A stretch of DNA of 64,000 nt from Methanobacteriota archaeon (lineage in GTDB: Archaea > Thermoplasmatota > Poseidoniia > Poseidoniales > Poseidoniaceae): assembly GCA_018650165.1 (NCBI GenBank), contig JABIGM010000033.1, positions 3,036 to 67,035 on the forward strand, written 5' to 3'. The position numbers and the translations under genes are program-made. The notes below the pieces were generated by a model that saw nothing but the letters and a program-made list of their open reading frames with translations, did not search any database and was not told the origin of the DNA. Numbering within the stretch: the stretch's first letter is position 1; the number at the start of each line of letters is the position of its first letter. This document shows positions 55,057 to 64,000 of the stretch, piece by piece.

Positions 55057-58000
55057 TCAGAACCGGCTTGAGGAACCCTTGCGAGCAGTCTTGTATCCAC
55101 CATAAAGTACCAGTATGGTCAAAATCACAACTACAATCATCAAATACGAGTCATTACCATCGCCATCAGCCACATTGGAGAACTTTATCTTGAAGTCGAC
55201 ATCTGAGACATCTTCGCTCGGTGTTCCAATTACCTCGAGGGACACTGTTAATCCTGCAGGTCCAGGTGGCATGTTAGAATATGGGAATTCTGCAAACGCT
55301 GTTCCATTTGCTGGAACAGTGATTGTAGTTTGCTTTTGGGTGTACTCCGTTCCATCCTGTGCAACGAGATAGACAATTACATCACTCGCTGTTAGGAAAC
55401 CATTATTCTGGATTGGAATTCGGAAGATACCGTTTTCATTAGCCAAAGCATCTGAAGCCCTTGGTTCAATTGAATCTTCTAGGATTACCAACTTTGCAAT
55501 TGAAATGATCGCAGTAGTAGAGCCTGTTTGTGTTTCAACATCGCCCTCACTTTCGGCAGTATAGTCAATATCACATTCATCAACTGTAGAATTAGTTGGT
55601 GCGTAAATTGTGAAAGATTGGCTACGGGTACTGTCTGCTGCAACTGTCAGATTAGAAATTGGTGGAGCCACCAACCAACCTGCATCGATACAAGATTGTT
55701 CAAGCATTGATTGCACAGTAATTGCGTCATCACCATTTCCTGAGTTAGAAACCGTCAAGGTAACAGTGGTTTCGCCACCATCTCCAACACCAATCGCTGC
55801 TGGAGCGCCACTCAAACTGATATTGAATTGTTGTGGCACTGCTACACGTACACTCGCTTCACTTAGGCCGCTATCAGAGGCAAAACGCATGTTTACCGCG
55901 TGTCCATCATCATAAGTACGTGTTTGGTTTTGTAGCGGAAGAGTAATTCGAACATCAATTTCACGGTACAATACTTGGTTTGCATCGCTATTATTCAATC
56001 CGATACCCATTGTGACATCCATTATGCTAGTCCAATTCCCATCACCGGTACTGTTGAGGTATTCGATAGTCCAATCATCTGAATCTTGAGACACACCAAC
56101 TCCTGCAGATGCAGTAAATTCATCTGAAACCTCAGTACCCTCGTAGGTCAGACTCAGCTTCATGGTGATTACCTTGTAGTCATTATCTTCGCCTTCAAGC
56201 GCTGTGATTTCAGTGAAATTTCCACTAGTGAAACTAGCAGTAGTTGCGTCAACTGATATTACTTCAACAACCATGTCTGAATTAACTCTGCGTGAGAAAT
56301 CCATGACTCTATCTTCAGCAGTATCCTGTCCAACGTTAATTGAAAGTCCAGAACTATAATCCATTGTCAGATTCAAATCGTGCTGTACTGTATCGAACTC
56401 GCTGTTCAAATCAACACAACTGGTCGGAGTATCACACGCAGGTAGAACCAGACTGAGTTCACCATTCTCATCAAATTGGGCCATCCATGAAACTCCATCA
56501 CCAAGGTCGACTTCCACATCGATACCAGATGCGTTGTTGACTGTAGTACCTACTAAGTTGGTCCATGTTGTCGTGAGTGACAATCTTCCACCAAGTTCCA
56601 TTACTAGGTCAAGTGATGCTCCCTCTTGTACCGAGGCTTCTAAGAGACCAATTACGATACCTCCTCCGTTATCGTTGGAGTCAGAACCTTCAACAACAAC
56701 GACCCAATTTCCAGGCTGTATTACCCCGTTCCACGAAAGTGTATCATTTTCATAAGAAGTGGTTAGGTCTGTCACTGGGCTGCGTACAATTCCGCTTGCC
56801 GGATACAAGGTTACAGTTGCACCATCTAAGCGCAGACTGTCTGGATTGTTGTCAGTAACATTACCAGAAACTGCAACGACACCAGCACTCATTTCGAAAT
56901 CTCGGCTTTCATGGGTATCATTTACCACAAAGAATGAACTGTAGTTATCAGAATAAGTTACTGAAGTAAATCCAGCCTTTGAGGCATTGACTGTGTAATT
57001 ATCACGGATTGGAACGAATAGAGACCATACTCCGTCTACATCAGTCACAAGTGATTCGTTTAATCCACTAGCACTAGTGACTGAGACATTTGCGCCCTCG
57101 ATTCCTTCACTTGCAGAAGGCATATCGTTTTCGTCAAGGTCCCAGAAGAATTTACCGCCTATTTTAACCGATTTATCGACAGAAATATTGGCTTCCCAAA
57201 CTCCGTTTACCATTGCAGTTGCTGAGTAGTAGACTCCTGTATCCAAATTCCACATTTCTAAATTCTCAGTTCGATTCAATTCAAGAGTCCAGTTACCAGG
57301 CATAAGAACTTCAGTAATCATACCTTCATTATCTGAAGGGCCCAAACTGACATTGCCTAGCCCATCAAGACTGACTGCAGTGATACGCGTACCAGCAATA
57401 TTGACACCGGTAATTGCTTCTTGCAGGTTTAATGTAACATTCATTGCTGTCGTTGTCTGCCAGTCAATATCCGAAACAGCCCCATCCACTGTGATAAAGT
57501 CACGATAGATTTCAGTAGCATTGCTATCGTCAGCTTGGAAGTGTGCAACCTCTACATACCAATCTCCTTGTGGGATATATTCTGCAAAAGTTCCATTTTC
57601 ATCTGTTACAAGAGGATGGAAATCATTTCCAGCCTCGTTACGTAGCCAAACGGTTGAGTTTTCCATGGCAAAATCATTTTCCATAGTGACATTTCCACTT
57701 ACTAAGTATTCTGGTGAAAGCATGATGTCAACCGATTCACCAGGTGGTGCAAGACCGATTCCAAGACCAGGCAGTGCATCTGCATGCCTGCGGTAGTCGC
57801 TCGCATTTTCGTCACGAGGGTCATCTTCTGACAGGTATATGATGTAATTTCCAACTGACAATTCTACTGTCAGCTCTCCGGTAACCGCATCATACATATC
57901 TTCTGTAACTTCTAGATCGAGTCCAAAGTCATCAACTGCGGTGATATTGAACATTGGGGATATAGCGGTACCATTTTCCCAAGCGCCATCAAAGGCTGTA

Positions 58001-61000
58001 TCTAAGAAGACACGGAATGTTAGTGAAATATTTGCAGGGTTAGCAATCAACTCAACTTGACCTGAATAATTTTCAGTATCGATTGTAACAGGGGCTACAT
58101 TCATGTCGGTGTTGGAGACAGTGAATGTCCAGTTACCAACATCAAGGTGCATAATGAAAGTTCCAACAGCATCAATCTCTTCACGCCATTCGAGTCCATT
58201 TTCATCTGTTGCAATTACTTCAGTTCCTTCAGAACCAGTGATTCCTTCACCCCACTGGGTGCCATTATCTAGTGTTGAATTACGCAACCAAACTGTTCCT
58301 TGAATCAAATTGGTACTTACCAAGTACAAATCAGCATCAGTAACTAGAGAAGCGTTCTCAATAAGTAATCCTGCTGTAAGAGTATTCGAACCAGCGAAAG
58401 TATCTGCTGTAATGTGGAATTGTATTCCCTCAGGCAGACGCAATGAGTAGGTTCCGTTTGAATCTGTGGTAGCAGATAGAATAATCGCTCCCGAACGTGC
58501 CTCTACATCAACATTAGTTGCTGCTTCCCTGTCGATTTCAGGGATTTCAGATGGGCTGTTAAATTGGCCTGTACTAATTAGCAGTTCATCGAATGACCAA
58601 ACAGTTCCGTTTACCCAAACACTGACTGAATAGTTTAGATCTAATTCCAAGTCTTCTGTTGTTATTTCAAATTCCTGCCATAGAACATAGTCTGGGTCTG
58701 TTTCATCTGAGATAATCCATTCACCCATGTCTATTTCTGCATAGACAATTCCATTTTCATCAGAGACAGCGGAAACCGAATAATCGTTCAAATCGGTACT
58801 CTCTGTGTTGGTAAAGGTAATTGTTCGATTTGCTAGAACAAACTCTGAATCTCCACCACCAAGGTTGAGGGTTATGTCACGCTTAGTAGGAACTGACCTA
58901 GATAAGGTTACATTTTCTGAATCCAATCCAACGGAGAAGTTCTCTTCGATTTCATACCATCCATCTTGATCTATGTCCACGCGCCACTGGTAAGCACCAG
59001 TTGCAAGAGGGCCATAACTGAATGAACCATTTTCATCTGTTAAGATTTCAACAGGTGCCGTCTCATCTGGCAACTCAAAGTCAATTAGTTCAATTGTTGC
59101 ATTTGGTAACGGCGTTGGTTCACTATCGGTAAGATAATCTGCATACAGTATATCTTCAAAGATTGAACCTGGCATGGTCATCTCAAGTCCCGAAGTTGGT
59201 GAAATTGTAACATCGACAGGGTCTGGAAGTAAGATTTCTCGTCCACTTCCCATCATTGCAATCATATTGTAAGTACCTGGCATTAATCCAGTCTTGTAAA
59301 ATGAACCTGGTGCAACCATTGGTCCAGAGAAGGTTCCTTCCCCAATGAATTGTCCAGTACCGTTAGCAGTACCGATTCCTTGATAGATTCCAGTTCCTTC
59401 AAAGGTTTCTCCGTCTAAGTCTTTGACAACTATGACTTGACCATCTGCGGTCATTCTACCACTGGCGTTGATGGTTCCAGCAAACAAGTAAGTGTTCTCT
59501 TCATCTGTCAAACAAGCTGTATGTGTCATGTTTACAGTTTCACCCTCAGTTCCATTTTCAACGGCTTCTTCCCAAGTAGGCATTACTTGCGAAGTGACAT
59601 TGCCAAGTGTTTCAGTATCACAATCTGGTGCAGCATAATCAATCCATGTTGCTACAATAGAACCTGCTCCATCGAATGAAGCGTTTGCGGTATAGGAACG
59701 ACCATCCATTACAGCACGTGTGTAATTTCCTGTAAATCCACGTACGATTCCTGTGTTTCCTTGGGTATCGAATGTACCCTCACTGGTGAATATTACTTCT
59801 CCGGTTCCTGGAATTATTCTTGTTTGTCCAGGTTCCGTAGTGAATGACCCACTCGTTGTGGTTACAGTATAGTTTTCAGTCATGTCCCATATATTACGTA
59901 GAACAAATTCTACATCATCGATTGCTTGGCCTTCGAATGATTCATGGCCAGACCATGTGACGGTTCCTGCAATACCACTTGATGGAACAGTAATGTCAAA
60001 GTTTCCATCGAAAGGTGCCAATCTGTCTGCTTGTTGGCCTGTGACGTTGTATGTTGATTCACCCATCCATGACATGTTCGAAACCTTTCCAAGAAGTGCC
60101 GTAATGATGTTAGTGTCACGCTCTTCGTTAGTTTCAACAGTCAAGTCGCCTAGTCCACTTGCGTACTCGCCAGTCTTGAAGACATCCTTTGCTGCAAGAT
60201 CATCGAATTCACCTGCAAATGCAGATACTCTGATTTTTCCAGCAGGTACTGTGTATGACCACTCGCCATTTTCATCTGAATCGGTGTATCCGATTGGAAT
60301 CCAATAGGTGTCAGAGTCTTCGTCGGTAACTCCTTCACCAGAGAATGCATCTCTTTCGAGAAGCATTCGAACATTTGGCAATGGTGCACCATCATCAGAC
60401 ATTGTGACGGTTCCACCGACTTCAACACCAGGATAGTACTTCATTATCTTGACAAGTGTATTTGCTTGACCAAGAGTATCGAATTCATTATCTGGGTTAT
60501 ACCAGTTAGAAATCGTGAAGTGGTTCATCATTGCACCCGGTAGAGGTACAGCATTAGTCATCATTGTGTTTGGAGTTCCTGACTGTCCAAAGTGTTGGCC
60601 TGGTTGCTCTGTCGTTTCAAATCCGAGTGATGAAGCGCCATACCCCACATAGGTACGGGCGAGCATAGTATCAAAGAATACAGGGGTATGGTCGATTCTT
60701 ATGTCGACCAAACTTAATGGGTCAAATGTCGCACCAGATTGCTGGTTCAACACATCCTTTCGCATCTCAGCATCGAATTCTTCACGGGTCATCTCATCAC
60801 TGAATTGGCCACGTGTGGTCATGTAAACCTCATCCATAAAGGTAGAGAAATCCTGTCCTGACAAAATCGTTGGAGCAGCGAAAATACCAGTTGGATTTCC
60901 GCCACTGTATTCGGAACTGTATAGTCCACCACGTGGGTACAAACGGTTGTCGATTGCAAGATATCTAATTTCGTGGTCTCTTGTAATCATTTCACCAGGT

Positions 61001-63948
61001 GCGCCATTGTAGTCTTGTACAGAATAAACGGCATTATCAGATAAGTCAGCGTAAAGAGAGTGTAATTCTTCAGAGTCAAGAGATGATGTTAGCATCTGTG
61101 TGATCAAAGCAATTGCAGCATTCTTTCGGTGGATTCCTGTACTAACCGAATCATATTCTTCGATTAAATCAGCAGTGTACCAATAGTCGCCAACGATGTA
61201 GTGTGTTGTGTTTTCCTCATTATCAACTGGTGATCTAACATTATTGTTGAATATTGCCTCAGCATCAAGTTTATCGGAAAATGCGTCCCCAGTACAAGAG
61301 GTTAGGTCTTCCTCTCCAGAGATACAAGGTAGTATAACTCCGTTCTCGTACACTTTGTACAAGGTAGAAGATTCTGCAACAACGCCATCAACAACTGCTT
61401 GACCTTCAGCCATAACCATATCGCCATTGACAAGAGTTACCATGAATACACGGTCGATTACATCTTCAGATTCCATGTTTGTTTGAATCTTCGTAAACTC
61501 TAACTTTTGGTCTTCAGAAAGATGAGCTCCAAGGGAACTCATGAATGAAGCGGTATGTACACGGTTATCATCTTGGGCTTCGCTATATGCCAAATCAGCC
61601 TCAGAGAGTCTCCAGATGAACATTGCAGCAAGGTCATCTTGGTTTCTAGCAAGTAGCATATTTCCTGTTGCAGGAATTCCAGACTGGAAGTTATCCGATA
61701 CAGATGGGTGGTCTCCGGTTTCTAATGCCTGGAATCCATAATCCCACCAAGAGACAAACGCAGGTCTGTCTGAATATGATTGGTCTTTATCTTGATTAGA
61801 TAACCATTCATAGGCTTGGTTCCATCCACGGTCATTGAATCCTGAACCAAATGAGCCCAGGTACCATCGAGACTCTTCATCGTATGCATCATCATTTAGT
61901 AGTGAGAATCCAAAATCATTCCATCGTAGAATGTCAGGTATTACATTGTAAATTGTATTGTCCATTTCAGCTTCATGATTTGAAGAAGATGGCATAGCAG
62001 CATCAATTCCATAGGTTGCATGTTGGCCGATGAGCATAATTAGAACCATTCCGATTGCGCTGAACTGAGGGGTTCGCCATAGTGCCTTTCGAGCATTCGA
62101 AATTCTTTCACCCGGCGTTCGTATTCCCATGCGCCTCCAAGAACGAGCCATGTTTCCAGCACCACTAGCTTTCCAAAGAGTCACGATACCCCATGAACCC
62201 ATTATTGCCATAGCCGGAGAGGCGTTGAACAGGAATCTTCCTGCGGACCAAGCCATGTAAGAGGCGACTATAACCCACATTCCAAGAATTAAACGCGATT
62301 GGTTCTTCTTTACGATTCCATCCCATAGTGCAAGTAATCCCATTACGATTGCAAGTATGAAAACAACTGGTCCGAATGATGCAAAGAGTTGCCCACGCTT
62401 AGGGGCGCTTGCTTCAGCAATGGTACCGAAAATCTTGTTCTTTGTGAAGTAACCAGATCCTGTAGTCAATACATTCCATGCATTTGAAATATCTAATATC
62501 TGTAATGCATAAAGTATACCCCCAAAAGCAATACCTCCAGTTAATAGTGAACCGAAGACCAATAGCCACGGCTTGTCACGGAATCCAGTTGTAATCCATG
62601 CGATTGCAAGAGTAAAGCCACCAATAAACAATAGAGGTTGTAGTCCGGTTGAATTTAGAATCAAATCCAACTGTGGGTGACCATAGAATGGTAGAACCAT
62701 AAGGAAGATTGTTCCAAGCATCAGAATATTCATTGTTGAAAGGATAGTACTATCTTTTCTCCTGAACATATTCATTACTACTTGCACGAAGTATGCAAGG
62801 AAGATAATTGCTGGGCCGTAAACGAATCCTTTCCACCCCAGAGCCACAATACTGAAACAAACACCAGAGGCAATTGCATTGGCAGATGCCTTTCTTCGGT
62901 GCTTTAGAACATCCGCCATAGCACGAATGATTCCGGAAGGCGATGCATTTGTGTTACGTGTAAGACGTTCGTCTCCACCTGCTTTAACAGCCCTTAGATA
63001 GAACATGAATGCAGCAGTCAAGAATAACAATACATACGAATCGTGGTCAGCCATAGCCCAAGTAGACTTCTGAACGTGTGTTGGCATGAAAGCAATAAGC
63101 CAAGCAGCGATTACTCCAGCTCCCTTTCCGAAATGGTCCTTGGCAATAGCCCCCATTGGGAAGATGATTAGAGCACCATATACTGCAGGTAGTGCAAGCA
63201 TTGCATACCAAACCGCATCTCCGGAACCTAGTCCCAGATTTGCGAGAAGCATTCCAACCAAAGCAATTGACCAAGAGAACAATGGCGGACGAGGATTGAT
63301 TCCCCCAACTGGGTAATTACGATCGGCATCCCAAATCAGGTGTGCATTCTCTGCAATTACATAGTCGACTACACGCTTCATGTACCAAGGGTCAGAACCT
63401 CCAGTAAGGTCCCATGATTCTAGACCCGATGAGTTCATTGAAGGTACGAAATACCATTGTATCCTAATCGCTAATGCGACCATAAAAGCCATGAAAGTCA
63501 TAATTCCAGCCCAGTGGTTAGACCAAAATACACGAGCCTGACTCGGTTCGTGGAGTTCACGGTTCATCCAGCCACCATATGTCTCATGGGTTGAAAACCA
63601 ATAGATTACAACACCGATGAAGAAGGTGATTCCGAACCAAATCCATACTGCCCAGGTTCCTTCGAGATTGTCACTAGACCAATGTCCAGATTCATACAGT
63701 GATGAAACCATATACAAAATCCACATTGAACTGAGCATTAATGCACGTGTAAACCATCTCTCAGCACACATCCATGCACAACAAAGAGCAATAACACCAG
63801 TTAGTGCTGCTGGCCAGAATCCAATGTAACCGTGGTACCCTTCGACAGACCAAATTGCCAAGATATCTAAATCTCCAAGGCTGTTGAAGTAGGCCATTAT
63901 TGCAACGTGAGTTGCTGCCCAAACCGCCAAAGCAATTTGTAGAGGCAT
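55057..63948 (-). CDS. aglB: Dolichyl-phosphooligosaccharide-protein glycotransferase AglB (STT3 family), at least 2963 aa, with a huge C-terminal extension and a terminal TM anchor
   Basis: Multi-TM N-terminal region with GGSDPWYMKR (first acidic loop) and WAMADHDSYV. WWDYG motif at complement(61735..61749) in SWWDYGFQALETGDHPSVSDNFQSG. At least 8 CarboxypepD_reg-like repeats (e.g. TDENGSFSYGPLATGAYQWRV, TDSNGTYSLRLPEGIQFHI, TDENGTFAEYIPQGDWYVEV, TDVDGVWSLFVPIRDNYTVNASKAGF). C-terminal TM YLMIVVVILTILVLYGGYKTARK. The frame has no stop between 63949 and 64000, so the true start may lie outside the window. Confidence 0.85.
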   Translation of the reverse strand: MPLQIALAVWAATHVAIMAYFNSLGDLDILAIWSVEGYHGYIGFWPAALTGVIALCCAWMCAERWFTRALMLSSMWILYMVSSLYESGHWSSDNLEGTWAVWIWFGITFFIGVVIYWFSTHETYGGWMNRELHEPSQARVFWSNHWAGIMTFMAFMVALAIRIQWYFVPSMNSSGLESWDLTGGSDPWYMKRVVDYVIAENAHLIWDADRNYPVGGINPRPPLFSWSIALVGMLLANLGLGSGDAVWYAMLALPAVYGALIIFPMGAIAKDHFGKGAGVIAAWLIAFMPTHVQKSTWAMADHDSYVLLFLTAAFMFYLRAVKAGGDERLTRNTNASPSGIIRAMADVLKHRRKASANAIASGVCFSIVALGWKGFVYGPAIIFLAYFVQVVMNMFRRKDSTILSTMNILMLGTIFLMVLPFYGHPQLDLILNSTGLQPLLFIGGFTLAIAWITTGFRDKPWLLVFGSLLTGGIAFGGILYALQILDISNAWNVLTTGSGYFTKNKIFGTIAEASAPKRGQLFASFGPVVFILAIVMGLLALWDGIVKKNQSRLILGMWVIVASYMAWSAGRFLFNASPAMAIMGSWGIVTLWKASGAGNMARSWRRMGIRTPGERISNARKALWRTPQFSAIGMVLIMLIGQHATYGIDAAMPSSSNHEAEMDNTIYNVIPDILRWNDFGFSLLNDDAYDEESRWYLGSFGSGFNDRGWNQAYEWLSNQDKDQSYSDRPAFVSWWDYGFQALETGDHPSVSDNFQSGIPATGNMLLARNQDDLAAMFIWRLSEADLAYSEAQDDNRVHTASFMSSLGAHLSEDQKLEFTKIQTNMESEDVIDRVFMVTLVNGDMVMAEGQAVVDGVVAESSTLYKVYENGVILPCISGEEDLTSCTGDAFSDKLDAEAIFNNNVRSPVDNEENTTHYIVGDYWYTADLIEEYDSVSTGIHRKNAAIALITQMLTSSLDSEELHSLYADLSDNAVYSVQDYNGAPGEMITRDHEIRYLAIDNRLYPRGGLYSSEYSGGNPTGIFAAPTILSGQDFSTFMDEVYMTTRGQFSDEMTREEFDAEMRKDVLNQQSGATFDPLSLVDIRIDHTPVFFDTMLARTYVGYGASSLGFETTEQPGQHFGQSGTPNTMMTNAVPLPGAMMNHFTISNWYNPDNEFDTLGQANTLVKIMKYYPGVEVGGTVTMSDDGAPLPNVRMLLERDAFSGEGVTDEDSDTYWIPIGYTDSDENGEWSYTVPAGKIRVSAFAGEFDDLAAKDVFKTGEYASGLGDLTVETNEERDTNIITALLGKVSNMSWMGESTYNVTGQQADRLAPFDGNFDITVPSSGIAGTVTWSGHESFEGQAIDDVEFVLRNIWDMTENYTVTTTSGSFTTEPGQTRIIPGTGEVIFTSEGTFDTQGNTGIVRGFTGNYTRAVMDGRSYTANASFDGAGSIVATWIDYAAPDCDTETLGNVTSQVMPTWEEAVENGTEGETVNMTHTACLTDEENTYLFAGTINASGRMTADGQVIVVKDLDGETFEGTGIYQGIGTANGTGQFIGEGTFSGPMVAPGSFYKTGLMPGTYNMIAMMGSGREILLPDPVDVTISPTSGLEMTMPGSIFEDILYADYLTDSEPTPLPNATIELIDFELPDETAPVEILTDENGSFSYGPLATGAYQWRVDIDQDGWYEIEENFSVGLDSENVTLSRSVPTKRDITLNLGGGDSEFVLANRTITFTNTESTDLNDYSVSAVSDENGIVYAEIDMGEWIISDETDPDYVLWQEFEITTEDLELDLNYSVSVWVNGTVWSFDELLISTGQFNSPSEIPEIDREAATNVDVEARSGAIILSATTDSNGTYSLRLPEGIQFHITADTFAGSNTLTAGLLIENASLVTDADLYLVSTNLIQGTVWLRNSTLDNGTQWGEGITGSEGTEVIATDENGLEWREEIDAVGTFIMHLDVGNWTFTVSNTDMNVAPVTIDTENYSGQVELIANPANISLTFRVFLDTAFDGAWENGTAISPMFNITAVDDFGLDLEVTEDMYDAVTGELTVELSVGNYIIYLSEDDPRDENASDYRRHADALPGLGIGLAPPGESVDIMLSPEYLVSGNVTMENDFAMENSTVWLRNEAGNDFHPLVTDENGTFAEYIPQGDWYVEVAHFQADDSNATEIYRDFITVDGAVSDIDWQTTTAMNVTLNLQEAITGVNIAGTRITAVSLDGLGNVSLGPSDNEGMITEVLMPGNWTLELNRTENLEMWNLDTGVYYSATAMVNGVWEANISVDKSVKIGGKFFWDLDENDMPSASEGIEGANVSVTSASGLNESLVTDVDGVWSLFVPIRDNYTVNASKAGFTSVTYSDNYSSFFVVNDTHESRDFEMSAGVVAVSGNVTDNNPDSLRLDGATVTLYPASGIVRSPVTDLTTSYENDTLSWNGVIQPGNWVVVVEGSDSNDNGGGIVIGLLEASVQEGASLDLVMELGGRLSLTTTWTNLVGTTVNNASGIDVEVDLGDGVSWMAQFDENGELSLVLPACDTPTSCVDLNSEFDTVQHDLNLTMDYSSGLSINVGQDTAEDRVMDFSRRVNSDMVVEVISVDATTASFTSGNFTEITALEGEDNDYKVITMKLSLTYEGTEVSDEFTASAGVGVSQDSDDWTIEYLNSTGDGNWTSIMDVTMGIGLNNSDANQVLYREIDVRITLPLQNQTRTYDDGHAVNMRFASDSGLSEASVRVAVPQQFNISLSGAPAAIGVGDGGETTVTLTVSNSGNGDDAITVQSMLEQSCIDAGWLVAPPISNLTVAADSTRSQSFTIYAPTNSTVDECDIDYTAESEGDVETQTGSTTAIISIAKLVILEDSIEPRASDALANENGIFRIPIQNNGFLTASDVIVYLVAQDGTEYTQKQTTITVPANGTAFAEFPYSNMPPGPAGLTVSLEVIGTPSEDVSDVDFKIKFSNVADGDGNDSYLMIVVVILTILVLYGGYKTARKGSSSRF

Positions 63949-64000
63949 GGTTGCACGATTCCAGTTGCCATCGTGTGCCTTGATGTAACCAAACCATCCC

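Noticed and set aside
1-64000. Mobile genetic element or genomic island boundaries
   Set aside because: No integrase, transposase, tRNA attachment site or long flanking direct or inverted repeats were seen. Housekeeping genes are interspersed throughout.

Overview
The window is a gene-dense (over 90% coding) archaeal chromosome segment. No rRNA, tRNA, CRISPR array, transposase or integrase was found. Archaeal housekeeping genes are clear: RNase P Rpp21, YhbY, type II GAPDH, PheRS beta, RNase HII, archaeal GluRS, ribosomal protein S15 next to a RecJ-like gene, archaeosine synthase ArcS with its PC-x3-KPY-x2-S-x2-H motif, and AglB. A bacterial-type zinc-lid adenylate kinase and DnaJ are also present. 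By inference only, the content and moderate GC fit an uncultured planktonic euryarchaeon of the Marine Group II/III type. By my coordinates, about 41 of the 64 kb encodes secreted or membrane-anchored surface proteins. These include a 1616-aa S8 protease, proteins of 793, 674 and 678 aa, a 1782-aa Asp-box giant, and a 1895-aa TSP3-repeat plus propeller giant. There is also a 1445-aa beta-helix giant, a 404-aa type-II-anchored S8 protease, three class-III-signal (archaeal pilin-like) proteins, and an AglB oligosaccharyltransferase of at least 2963 aa. Main hunt results: (1) A strongly conserved C-terminal cytoplasmic tail peptide, PP[LI]PPSGLPxGW[ST]M[ED]QWxHYGHQ[WY], is shared by two otherwise unrelated giants, with W-rich relatives in two more surface proteins. 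(2) AglB is about three times normal length, with extra N-terminal TM helices, at least 8 CarboxypepD_reg-like repeats and a second C-terminal anchor. (3) A translationally coupled three-gene pilin-like operon has no assembly ATPase or platform gene in the window and sits convergent to a wHTH-STAND-TPR regulator. (4) A giant adhesin, a 140-aa cytoplasmic protein and a metzincin lipoprotein form an operon coupled by TAGGTG stop/Shine-Dalgarno overlaps. (5) A pyroglutamyl-peptidase-NUDIX fusion. All functional calls come from motif recognition by eye; no database search was possible.
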